A stretch of DNA of 56,374 nucleotides, from positions 1-56,374 of the forward strand of contig JACPMV010000046.1 of assembly GCA_016185845.1 (NCBI GenBank). The letters run 5' to 3'. Position numbers and translations under genes: made by a program. The notes beneath the pieces are model-generated. The model was not told the origin of the DNA, ran no database searches, and saw only the letters and a program-made list of their open reading frames with translations. Source of the stretch: Candidatus Woesearchaeota archaeon. GTDB lineage: Archaea > Nanobdellota > Nanobdellia > Woesearchaeales > GW2011-AR4. This document shows, piece by piece, positions 10,054 through 18,904 of the stretch (within the stretch, counting starts at the first letter, position 1; each line of letters opens with the position of its first letter).

Positions 10054-10272
10054 TCAAACCCTGAACAGGAAAATAAGGCCCATTAACAGGCTGATTATGG
10101 AATATGAGATTATGGCAGCTTCCAGGTAGCCAAAAGCGCCCGCAGGTTCGCCGTCATATACTGCCCTTCCGGTAATCTCGGCTGCCGCGCCGTAATTAAA
10201 ATCTATAAAAGCCCCTGTAAACAATGCAATAATCCCACTTATAACAAGCAGGATTCCTATGTATTTTGTCAT
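10054..10272 (-). CDS. Small two-TM membrane protein
   Basis: Two hydrophobic helices; ITGRAV motif; in operon context. Confidence 0.6.
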   Translation of the reverse strand: MTKYIGILLVISGIIALFTGAFIDFNYGAAAEITGRAVYDGEPAGAFGYLEAAIISYSIISLLMGLIFLFRV

Positions 10273-10287
10273 TTTGTTTCTGCCTCT

Positions 10288-10782
10288 CTATTGTTTAAAT
10301 AATTTTCCAAACAGGCTGATAAAAACATCCTGCGGAATCTCGATTCCGGATTCGACAAAAGCCCTTGCCAGCCTGTAGCCGTCATTTGATTCGTCGCCTT
10401 CCGGCCTGAATTCAAATATGTTATTTAAAGTCAGGCTGCACATAAACCCCTCATTGATCATCAGAACAGCATTCCTCCCATTTTGCATGACCTTCATACT
10501 GTTTAAATCAATTGCAAAATTATTTTTATCTATCTCGTGCCTGAAAAGTTCCCACTCAATCAAATCGGTTATTATTTTCCTGAAGCCATTCTCAGCAACA
10601 TATTTTTCAACATTTTCAATTTTCACGAACTCAGGGAAACTAATGATATTTTTCACATTAAATGGGTAAGCTCTGCCGGCATAGCCGATTACCTTCTGCC
10701 TGCTGCCATTTTTCTTCCATTCGTTCTCAACAATATAGGAATACTCGTTGCCTTTGATTTTTTTAATTCTAAAGAACGCCAT
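10288..10782 (-). CDS. Hypothetical protein with N-terminal beta-sheet DNA-binding-like segment resembling IS1634-type transposase N-termini
   Basis: FFRIKKIKGNEYSYIVENEWKKNGSRQKVIGYAGR; no DDE domain. Confidence 0.6.
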   Translation of the reverse strand: MAFFRIKKIKGNEYSYIVENEWKKNGSRQKVIGYAGRAYPFNVKNIISFPEFVKIENVEKYVAENGFRKIITDLIEWELFRHEIDKNNFAIDLNSMKVMQNGRNAVLMINEGFMCSLTLNNIFEFRPEGDESNDGYRLARAFVESGIEIPQDVFISLFGKLFKQ

Positions 10783-10884
10783 TTAATCAGTTAGGCACTA
10801 TGAATTTATAAGCTTTTTGGCTCAGTTTTAGAATTATTTTCCTATATTGATTTAAGATTTAAGCGAACTTTTTTAGAAAAGGTT

Positions 10885-11163
10885 TTACTTTATAGCTGCA
10901 GCAAACTCTTTTTTGAATTTTTCATTTACCTTATGAATCCGCTGCACCGCATTTATTGTGGCATTTTTTGGGCTTATCTCGCCGTCAGTCTCAACAATCA
11001 TCTGCGGCACGCTTATCTGCGGATGCCTTATGCTGTAAGTTGCAATCTTGACATGCTTGTCATTAAGCAGCTCAGATTTCAGCGCATTGCACAATGTGTG
11101 GTCTGCGCCTTTGACTTCAACAATCAGCTTGTTTTTTTTGTCGTCGAGAATTTTAATTTCCAT
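10885..11163 (-). CDS. rpoL: DNA-directed RNA polymerase subunit L (Rpo11)
   Basis: DHTLCNALKSELL..ATYSIRHP. Confidence 0.93.
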   Translation of the reverse strand: MEIKILDDKKNKLIVEVKGADHTLCNALKSELLNDKHVKIATYSIRHPQISVPQMIVETDGEISPKNATINAVQRIHKVNEKFKKEFAAAIK

Positions 11164-11245
11164 TTTGCTTATTCATTAGGACATTCACTTCATTTAAAAA
11201 TCTTTTGCTGTTTTATTCATCTGTTACTCAAACAGCCCCTCGTCG

Positions 11246-11878
11246 TCAAATCTTCTCAAACCTGAAGCAGCTGACATCTATCCTGCGTATTTGCCGACGG
11301 TGAAATGAAAAAGAAGCTTTCAGGGGAAATTTAAAATTCCAAATATGGGTGATTTTTGCGCCTTTTCCGGCTGAAAACCGCTCCAAAAAGCCCTTGCTCT
11401 CACTTTTATGGAAGGAGTACACAATTGGGGCTGTTTCAAGCGCTTTTTCAAGGAAAGAGATATCTGCATGCCTCTTCTTTGTGCCAAAGGGTGGATTCTG
11501 AATCACCACCTCTGCCTTGAGATTCCTTATGTCTGATATGCCCTGGCACTTGAATTCAGCCTTTCCGATACTATATCCCTCACTTTTCAGCTTTGAAATG
11601 CTGTTTTTGGCTGTTTCCAGGGCGTTTTTATCAGAATCTATGAATACTGCCCTATCTCCCCCCAGTAATAAGGCCCCAATACCCAAAATACCTGTTCCGC
11701 AGCCAAGATCCCCTATACTCTTTCCTTCTAGATCTCCCAGCAGATAAGCGTTCCAAATCACACTTGCTGCTACCTCGCTGTCTGTCGGATACTGCTCCTG
11801 CATCACTTTTGGGCTTTCAAAACCTTTCAGGCCCGATAAAATGATTGCAAGGCCCGATTTTGACATTGTTTTGCTCAT
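11246..11878 (-). CDS. METTL5-family N6-adenine RNA methyltransferase
   Basis: EQYPT, DLGCGTG, QNPPFG, VYSFHK. Confidence 0.9.
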   Translation of the reverse strand: MSKTMSKSGLAIILSGLKGFESPKVMQEQYPTDSEVAASVIWNAYLLGDLEGKSIGDLGCGTGILGIGALLLGGDRAVFIDSDKNALETAKNSISKLKSEGYSIGKAEFKCQGISDIRNLKAEVVIQNPPFGTKKRHADISFLEKALETAPIVYSFHKSESKGFLERFSAGKGAKITHIWNFKFPLKASFSFHRRQIRRIDVSCFRFEKI

Positions 11879-12210
11879 ATTAAACTCTCACTTTCCATGA
11901 ATAAGCTTTTGATATTTATATTTTTTCAATATGGAAATTAAATATTGTAGATATTTTTATCATTTCAATATTGGCTGTATGTTCTTAAGCTTACTCCCAC
12001 TTCATATTCACAAATTCAATAGTTATACATTATTTCAATATGGTAAATAATCAATATTATACCTTCCCTCTAACATCTGAGATACCCTCCTTTTATTTAA
12101 TTTTTTGCAAAATTTTGCCAAAACAATCAGATTAATCCGCGCAAAAAATATCGGTTTTAATCGATTTTAAAATTCAACAAAACAAAAACAGTATTGTATG
12201 GTCTGCCATG

Positions 12211-12331
12211 TCATTCCCAACCCAGTCCCACTATATTCCCAATATTGTCCTATTTCAGTCCTATTCTTTTTAATTTGTCGTCTAGAAATAGTCCCAAAAT
12301 AGTCCTATAATAGTCCCAGAATATTCCCAAG
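12211..12331 (+). repeat. Phased 11-bp iteron array (5+4 units, consensus ATAGTCC(C/T)Axx)
   Basis: Units at 12211, 12222, 12233, 12244, 12255 and 12288, 12299, 12310, 12321, all in one 11-bp register. Confidence 0.85.
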
Positions 12332-12371
12332 AATCAAAAGATTTAAATAAATGATAATAAATTCATTAATT

Positions 12372-13058
12372 ATGTTCTGGAGAAAGGAAAAAAAAGATGA
12401 TGCAGGAGAGAAAAAATTAATCCAGATAAACGAGCTTCTCAAACTGTCATTCGGCAACGTAAAAAGGGACACAACAAATATCTTCAAGTGGCTGAATTAT
12501 TTGTATAGGAGAAACATGGAGCAGGAGCAGCTCATAAAACAGCTCCAGCTAGAGCTTTCCTATATGCCGAAAACAAGGGAAGACATCAGAAGGGTTATAG
12601 ACGAATACTACTCTTTTGAGGGCATGATGGCAAAAATAAGGGACTTGAATTCCAAAATAGATGAAATGGCAAATATTCATATGCAAAAACAGGCAGCGCC
12701 TCAGCAGGCTGTTGCTGTGCAAAAAGAAGCGCCAAAAGAGATGCAGAATGAAATAAGCACGCTTTACCAAAGGCTTGAAAGGCTGGAGCAAAAAAAGATG
12801 TCAATGAAGGAAAAGATAGTCAAAAAAATCACCAGGAACTCGAAGGATTATGTGAAAAGCATTATCATTTCCTATATCAGAAAATACGAGCAGGTATCTG
12901 CCCTGCAGCTCAAGGAAATCGTGGTTGACGAGCAGGATTTGTGCTCAAAAAGCTCATTCTACAGGCTGCTGGAGGAAATAGGGCAGTCGGATGAAATTGC
13001 AGTCATGAAGCAGGGCAAGGAAAAGCATTATCTTATGAGAATACTGAAGAAAAACTAG
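12372..13058 (+). CDS. Coiled-coil protein with C-terminal winged helix
   Basis: Heptad-rich middle; LKEIVVDEQDLCSKSSFYRLLEEI..KQGKEKHY. Confidence 0.7.
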   Translation: MFWRKEKKDDAGEKKLIQINELLKLSFGNVKRDTTNIFKWLNYLYRRNMEQEQLIKQLQLELSYMPKTREDIRRVIDEYYSFEGMMAKIRDLNSKIDEMANIHMQKQAAPQQAVAVQKEAPKEMQNEISTLYQRLERLEQKKMSMKEKIVKKITRNSKDYVKSIIISYIRKYEQVSALQLKEIVVDEQDLCSKSSFYRLLEEIGQSDEIAVMKQGKEKHYLMRILKKN

Positions 13059-13116
13059 CAAAATAGAAATCTATTTAAACAACCCTTAACTAAAAAATTT
13101 GGGGGTGAGTGCAATT

Positions 13117-13653
13117 TTGAGAAAAATATTTCTTAGAGGAATTAATCTAAAATTAGCGCCAGTCAGCAGGAGATTAAGGCAGGAATTTGCCAGGATAAGG
13201 CAGGAATTTGACGAGCACCTGCTTGCAATAAACGAGAATACAAATGAGATAACAGCAAATTACGAGTGCATAGGGGAGATTGAAAACAAGCTGGACAGGC
13301 TGAGCGAAAGAGTGGACCAAATCCACATGTTTCTGGAATCAGCGGGAATGCCTGCTGCAAAGCGGAATAATTTCGATGTCAAGAGGCTTAACAGGAGGGA
13401 GCAGGATGTCTTCCTGGTCATCTACACTCTTGAAGAGGAGAAAGGCAGCGTCACTTATGCAGACATAGCTGAAAAGCTCGGCATTTCAGAGCAGCTTGCA
13501 GGCAATTATGTGACTTCAATCATCGAGAAAGGGGTGCCGATAATAAAACGCTACTTCAACTCAAAGCCGCATCTGAGGCTTGATCCGGAGTTCAAGACCT
13601 TGCAGGCAAAAGAGAACATACTGCAGCTGAGCCTTATGGAGTTCGGGTTTTGA
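13117..13653 (+). CDS. Coiled-coil protein with C-terminal HTH/wHTH
   Basis: GGGGTGA SD before TTG 13117; LNRREQDVF..TYADIAEKLGIS. Confidence 0.72.
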   Translation: MRKIFLRGINLKLAPVSRRLRQEFARIRQEFDEHLLAINENTNEITANYECIGEIENKLDRLSERVDQIHMFLESAGMPAAKRNNFDVKRLNRREQDVFLVIYTLEEEKGSVTYADIAEKLGISEQLAGNYVTSIIEKGVPIIKRYFNSKPHLRLDPEFKTLQAKENILQLSLMEFGF

Positions 13654-13791
13654 ATTTTCTTTTAATTTTGATTTAATTATTTTAGGATTTGATTAAAAGA
13701 TTTAAGCGCATTGTCAATCAATAGCTTTTTATATGATTTGATCCGCTTGATTTTAAGGTGATTCAAAATTAGTGTATTTTCATCCATACTT

Positions 13792-14316
13792 TTGCCCTTA
13801 TGGGATTTTTTTTTGCATTGGCTGTCGATTTTCGCAGCTCCGCTGAAAGAGCCCGAGATGTGGTGGATTATTGTGCCGATATGGATCAATTGGTTATTTA
13901 CGGAATTTTTCCAGGAAAAGCACGGAACATCATTCGGAAATGCCATAAGCAACGGTGCAATCGCGATATTTGCGAGCATTGACTGGACAAGGTACATGTA
14001 CAGGCTTTACACGGAAGGGATAATAAGGAGTTTTACATTCGGGATTTTTCTGAAGGTCATAGTTTCACTTGGGGTTTTTGTTTACGGATTTTATGTGATA
14101 ATTCTAAGCATAAAGACCCATAAGCTTGTTTATTTAATCGGCAGGATAAGGTGGGTAACTTACCTTTTGGTGATGTTCACTCCGATTGTCTATAATGTGA
14201 TAAAGATGGATTTCTATACGCTTCTTGCAATTATCGTATTCTTCCCCCTGTATTACTGGATCATAGAAATTTTTGACAGAATAACGCCTGAGCCAAAGAC
14301 TTACAGGCACTCATAA
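13792..14316 (+). CDS. Multi-pass membrane protein
   Basis: About 5 TM segments, 174 aa. Confidence 0.65.
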   Translation: MPLWDFFLHWLSIFAAPLKEPEMWWIIVPIWINWLFTEFFQEKHGTSFGNAISNGAIAIFASIDWTRYMYRLYTEGIIRSFTFGIFLKVIVSLGVFVYGFYVIILSIKTHKLVYLIGRIRWVTYLLVMFTPIVYNVIKMDFYTLLAIIVFFPLYYWIIEIFDRITPEPKTYRHS

Positions 14317-15144
14317 TTCATCCAAAGGGCTTTTTACTTTCTTCAGCTGCTGTGTCGAGACTTTTGTGTAAATCTGCGTCGTTGACAAATCAGAATGGCC
14401 TAAAAGCTCCTGTATGACCCTTATATCAGTCCCTGCTTCAAGCAGATGCGTTGCAAAGCTGCTTCTTAATGCATGGCAGAAAACCCTTTTCTTCAGGCCT
14501 GCTTTTTTTGCGTTTTCTTTAACAATATTTTGCGCCTGCCTTATTGTTATTGGCCTGCCTTTTACCGAGAAAATGTACTGGCTGCTGTCTTTCTTTTTTG
14601 TAATGTAATCGTTAAAATGATGGATCAGGTTATTGGAGAGTATGATGTACCTCTCCTTGTTGCCCTTGCCGTGCCTTATCTTGCCCATCTTTTCGCTTAA
14701 GTCAAGGTCGTCAATTTTCAGATTGACGCATTCGCTGACCCTTAATCCGGAAGAGTACATAAACTCGATAAGAAGCCTGTGCTTTGGATTATCAACAGCG
14801 TTAAGCAGTTTTTTTATCTCATCCTTTGTCAGTACTGTGGGGAGCTTTTTTTCCAGCTTTGGCGCCTTAACCTCATTAAAGGCTGGATTTTGCAATATTT
14901 CCCTGTAGAAGAACTTGAGAGAGCTTAAGGCAAGATTTGCGCTCCTTGGGCTGTATTTTCGTTCAGAGAGCAGGTAAGCAAGGTACCTCTTTGCATCATG
15001 CTCACCGACTTCCTTTGGATCTTTTTTAATGAACTCAATGAAATTTTTGCTGTGGTACTTATAGGAATCAACAGTCCTTTTGCTGAATCCCCTTATTTTG
15101 AGCTCTGTTTCAAGTTTATCCAGCATCTCTTCATTTTTTGACAT
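14311..15144 (-). CDS. xerA: XerA/XerC-D family tyrosine recombinase
   Basis: N-terminal SAM-like domain; GLRVSE, GKGNK, HALR, LGH, TQIY catalytic set intact; start uncertain (15126-15174). Confidence 0.9.
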   Translation of the reverse strand: MSKNEEMLDKLETELKIRGFSKRTVDSYKYHSKNFIEFIKKDPKEVGEHDAKRYLAYLLSERKYSPRSANLALSSLKFFYREILQNPAFNEVKAPKLEKKLPTVLTKDEIKKLLNAVDNPKHRLLIEFMYSSGLRVSECVNLKIDDLDLSEKMGKIRHGKGNKERYIILSNNLIHHFNDYITKKKDSSQYIFSVKGRPITIRQAQNIVKENAKKAGLKKRVFCHALRSSFATHLLEAGTDIRVIQELLGHSDLSTTQIYTKVSTQQLKKVKSPLDEL

Positions 15145-15649
15145 AGTTAGTGGGATGAACTTGAGTAACATCAAAACCTTTTTTTCTTAAATTTTCCTTT
15201 ATTTCTTCATAATATTGATAAGTATGAATCATCTTATGGCAATTATGGCATAGGCCGATAAGATTCTTGTTGTCGTTATTTTTTCTATTCCCATCAAGAT
15301 GGTGCAGGGCAATGAGCTTATCAAAGCCGCATGATGCACATATTTTTGTAATTTGGCGTAGTTTTTCTAAGCTTATGTTATGGTCTTTTCTGGCATTATA
15401 ACTTAAGGTTAAATCATAGTGATGTAGTCTTGTATGACATCCACCGCAAAGCCCGAACGCCTTATGGGGTCTTAATCTCCCGCAGCTTTTACATTTAATT
15501 TCCTTGCTTTTCCAAGAATACTTCTTGTAACACTTGTAGCAGTAACCTTTGGAGTGATATTCCTTCCTTTCTTTACAACCTGGGCAATCAATTAGAAATC
15601 TTCCGTTGGGATTGGGATTTGGGTATTTTTTAATATTTTTAACAACCAT
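15131..15649 (-). CDS. HNH endonuclease with N-terminal Cys/His Zn-binding repeats
   Basis: CASC..HHLDGNRKNNDNKNLIGLCHNCH; two CxxC..H..G.CxxC repeats. Confidence 0.85.
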   Translation of the reverse strand: MVVKNIKKYPNPNPNGRFLIDCPGCKERKEYHSKGYCYKCYKKYSWKSKEIKCKSCGRLRPHKAFGLCGGCHTRLHHYDLTLSYNARKDHNISLEKLRQITKICASCGFDKLIALHHLDGNRKNNDNKNLIGLCHNCHKMIHTYQYYEEIKENLRKKGFDVTQVHPTNYVKK

Positions 15650-15703
15650 TGGTTTTTCTTATGTTAAAGAATATAAAAATGTTCGCATTTTGAAAACCTG
15701 CGG

Positions 15704-15731
15704 ACTTCCTGTAATACAGATTATACGAAGT
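15704..15731. other. dif-like Xer recombination site
   Basis: ACTTCCTGTAA-TACAGA-TTATACGAAGT: 11-6-11 geometry, arms 9/11 inverted, inner TAA/TTA; about 0.56 kb from xerA. Confidence 0.72.
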
Positions 15732-15857
15732 TTTAAGCTTCAGAATTCAAGCAGAATAATTTTGTCGTCGGGAATCATTAAATTGCGCCGTGTTTTGCGC
15801 GATTTGGCCGGCTCTTTTGATTGAAATAAGGTATTTTTTGATTGATTGAAGAATGAA

Positions 15858-16010
15858 TCAGCGGTGATAGCTCGGATTTACTCCGACAGCCTTCATCTCC
15901 TCTGCGCCGCACTCGTTGCACCTGTAAACCTCATATTTTGAGTTGCCGCTTTGAATTATGCCTTTCTTGCTCATCTTGTCGTCGCATTTCCTGCATTTGA
16001 ATTCTGCCAT
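15858..16010 (-). CDS. 50-aa zinc-ribbon protein (not in ORF track)
   Basis: MAEFKCRKCDDKMSKKGIIQSGNSKYEVYRCNECGAEEMKAVGVNPSYHR*. Confidence 0.7.
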   Translation of the reverse strand: MAEFKCRKCDDKMSKKGIIQSGNSKYEVYRCNECGAEEMKAVGVNPSYHR

Positions 16011-16042
16011 TTTGCTTTTCCTGAACAAGGTGGTTTATATAA

Positions 16043-16507
16043 CTATTGATTTAGGATTAGCTTGTCATCGACATTAATCTTGTTGCCTGCCGCAAATCCG
16101 GCATTTACTTCAAGGACATATTTTGCAGGGCCTGATGAAGCATAATATTTGCAAGGGTCTTTGCTGCACGGCTCTGCGCCCTTGATGTCCACAATTTCAA
16201 AATTATTCCCAATGAAAATAATATCCAGGGGAATCAATGTGTTTTTCATCCAGAAAGTTTGAGGCCCCTCATTTTCAAAAATGAACAGCATTCCGGAATT
16301 TTCTTCAAGTTTTTCCCTGAACATAAGGCCTTTCATCATCTCTTCTTTGTCGTCTGCAATTTCAGCATTGATTCCGATTAATTCTCCACCATTGTCAATA
16401 AAGATTTCTTTTTGGGTTTTGTCGGAAATTTTTGTGCAATTTACTAAAAAAATCAGCATAAAAACCAACAAAATTTTAACGGAATTTTTTGCAAATTTTT
16501 TTGTCAT
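16043..16507 (-). CDS. DUF192 family protein
   Basis: GLMFR..GMLFIF..FWMKNTLIPLDIIF..YVLEVNAG. Confidence 0.92.
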   Translation of the reverse strand: MTKKFAKNSVKILLVFMLIFLVNCTKISDKTQKEIFIDNGGELIGINAEIADDKEEMMKGLMFREKLEENSGMLFIFENEGPQTFWMKNTLIPLDIIFIGNNFEIVDIKGAEPCSKDPCKYYASSGPAKYVLEVNAGFAAGNKINVDDKLILNQ

Positions 16508-17395
16508 TTTTGATTGATTTTTTTCAAAATTTTTAATGTTTTCTATTCAAATTTACAATTATTAATTATTAAATATTGTAGTTAATTATTATATAATTTA
16601 GTTAACTTAATCTTTTTTATTGTATATTTTTTTATACTCTTGTTTTAATAAGTATTTTATAATAATTATATTTTTAATCTCCCTTTTCATTACATACTTT
16701 ATTAAATACTCCATATAACATACACTTTAAATAATATAAATTACTCATAATTTTATTTTCAATATTAAAAATCTTCAATTTTTAATCCCGAAAAATAATT
16801 TATTATTTTTCGATATAGAAAAATTTATCTTAAACGTGAAGTTGACTCATAAAAAGTGAGAGTTAAATAAGCAAAACAGAGTATATGGGTTAATCAGATA
16901 TACTCTTTTTAGAATAAAAGGGAATCAATATAGGGAGGCTAGGCTGATAAGGCAACCTAATTAAAACATTGGATCAAGCACCTCTTTTGTGTTAACCATA
17001 ATCTGGCTGGAAATAGTTAAGATGGTCAAGCCACCACCTCTAAAAATACCCCGGCTAAAACGTTAAAATAAGCATATTGTGAACTAACCTATAACAAACA
17101 CCATTAACAAAGCGGTTTACATAATAGAAAGTGAGGATTACATGATAAGTTAGGCACTATGAAAATAGCTAATTTTTTGTGCTAATACGGCTTATAACCC
17201 ATGAATCTAGCCTTTATAGGCGTTTTAAACAATAATCAAATATGGTGCTAAACTGAGTTTATGGAAGGATTAGCCAATTGGGTACTAATCTAATTTTTGG
17301 ATATAATCTTAACAAAAAATAACTATTCTGGATTTGTTTGGCGCAAGCTGCTTTTGGTAATTTGTCGACGGGAAATTGATTTTATGGCTATAATT
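16508..17395. other. Long non-coding region: very AT-rich block followed by a motif-rich block
   Basis: No ORF of 60 aa or more; 16510-16835 nearly all A/T; AGTTAGGCACTATGAA and variants at 17077-17293. Confidence 0.55.
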
Positions 17396-18106
17396 TTAAC
17401 CGAAATAGCTTAGCTTTTTCTTGTCGCTTATCTCCTGTGCTTCCTGGCTTTTCTTCAGGATCGTCTTTAATTTTTCCTCAAACTTCTGTGCCTGCTCCAG
17501 CAGCGGCTTATAGTCCAGATCCATGCCCAGATATTTATCCAAAGCCTCGACTATCTTTGCTGCTGCCTTGCTGTCCGGCAGATTGGAATGTGTTTCTGCA
17601 AACAGGCAGCTTATAGGGATTTTATCAATTCTGAGCAAAACAGCGCCAGTAACTCCCATTATTATGCCTTCGTTTAATTTAGGTATTCCTATCTTGTCAA
17701 ATATTTTGGCGTTTTTTTCATTATTCGTGTAATAAAACACCCTGCTGCCCTCGCTGTCCTCTCCGGAGCCGACTCCTTCAAGCGAGATTATCTCTTTTAC
17801 ATTCAGGTCGGAGGCAATCTTCGCGATTGTATTGGACATTTCCCACTCGTAATGCGTTGCCGCAGTAATAGCATGAAGAATGACTACATTGTATTTGGAA
17901 TTGTAGAATATCCCCAACGGCTCAACAATCTTATTTTCATGTATTGCAACCATTGCGGGCATGTCATTAAATATGATCTTGCCGATCTGCTCTGTCTTCA
18001 GGTGTTCTATAAGAAACTCTGATGCGATTGTTCCCACCAATCCAAATCCCGGAAATCCCTCTACAATAGTGCAGTTCTTCGGTTTTTTCCATAGTTTAAT
18101 TTCCAT
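17396..18106 (-). CDS. PAC2-family proteasome assembly chaperone
   Basis: EGFPGFGLVGTIA..GIIMGVTG..PDSKAAA. Confidence 0.9.
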   Translation of the reverse strand: MEIKLWKKPKNCTIVEGFPGFGLVGTIASEFLIEHLKTEQIGKIIFNDMPAMVAIHENKIVEPLGIFYNSKYNVVILHAITAATHYEWEMSNTIAKIASDLNVKEIISLEGVGSGEDSEGSRVFYYTNNEKNAKIFDKIGIPKLNEGIIMGVTGAVLLRIDKIPISCLFAETHSNLPDSKAAAKIVEALDKYLGMDLDYKPLLEQAQKFEEKLKTILKKSQEAQEISDKKKLSYFG

Positions 18107-18117
18107 GATTACACCTC

Positions 18118-18903
18118 TTATTTTTTTGGATAAAAAATTGTGCCGATACTTTTTCCATTTATGATATCAATCAAAACATTGCCCTTTCTGCCGTTGGCAA
18201 TTATGGCCGCTGCCCCATCTCCTGTCGCTTTTTTCGCAGCCTGTATTTTTGCTTTCATTCCACCTATCCCAAGATTGCTTGGTCTGCTTCCCATGGCTTC
18301 TATTTTTTTATTTATATTTTTGACTTCACTTATCAAAACAGCATCCTTGTACTTTGGGGGCTTGTCAAATAGTCCGTCTACATTTGTCAGGATAATCAGC
18401 AGGTCGGCTTTTATTTTGCCCGCAATCAGCGCCGACATATTGTCATTGTCGCCGAAAGAAGGCCCGATCTCACTTATAGACACAGGGTCATTTTCATTTA
18501 TTATCGGGATTATTCCCAGCTGGAACAGCCTTTCCAGACTATTGGCCAAATGCCTGTAATTTTCCTTATTGGCAAGATCATTGTAAGTTATCAGTATCTG
18601 GGCTATTTTCACTTTGTGCTTGCTGAACATCGTATGATAGTTGGCCATTAATATGCCTTGGCCTACTGCCGCGCAGACTTGCTGCCCTACTACCTCTTTT
18701 GGTCTTTCCCTGATTCCAAGCTCTTTCATTCCCGCGCCTATTGCGCCGCTTGTGACAATAACAATATCCTTATTATTTTTTATCCTTGCAATCTGGGAAA
18801 CTAATTTCCGTATAACATCCAATTCCAGCAGGCCATTTTTATCAGTCAGCGTGTTTGTCCCGATTTTTATTACAATCCTCTTTGATTTTAGGTTTCTTGG
18901 CAT
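18118..18903 (-). CDS. proB: Glutamate 5-kinase (no PUA domain)
   Basis: KIGTNTLT, VTSGAI, AAVGQ, NEND, FGDND, GGMKAK. Confidence 0.95.
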   Translation of the reverse strand: MPRNLKSKRIVIKIGTNTLTDKNGLLELDVIRKLVSQIARIKNNKDIVIVTSGAIGAGMKELGIRERPKEVVGQQVCAAVGQGILMANYHTMFSKHKVKIAQILITYNDLANKENYRHLANSLERLFQLGIIPIINENDPVSISEIGPSFGDNDNMSALIAGKIKADLLIILTNVDGLFDKPPKYKDAVLISEVKNINKKIEAMGSRPSNLGIGGMKAKIQAAKKATGDGAAAIIANGRKGNVLIDIINGKSIGTIFYPKK

Positions 18904-18904
18904 T

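Noticed and set aside
10288..10782. Active IS1634 transposase
   Set aside because: Only 164 aa, no DDE domain, no terminal inverted repeats, and embedded in a housekeeping gene run
12211..12331. CRISPR array
   Set aside because: Units are 11-bp tandem repeats with no unique spacers, and there are no cas genes in the window
14311..15144. Integron integrase or prophage integrase
   Set aside because: No IntI-specific insertion before the HxLR box, no attC cassette array and no viral genes; size and motifs fit XerA
17296..17306. Thermococcales-type dif arm TTTGGATATAA
   Set aside because: No matching inverted arm 6 bp away; half-site only
11880..17395. Canonical ORB-type replication origin
   Set aside because: No TCCA.TGGAAA + G-string boxes and no orc1/cdc6 in the window
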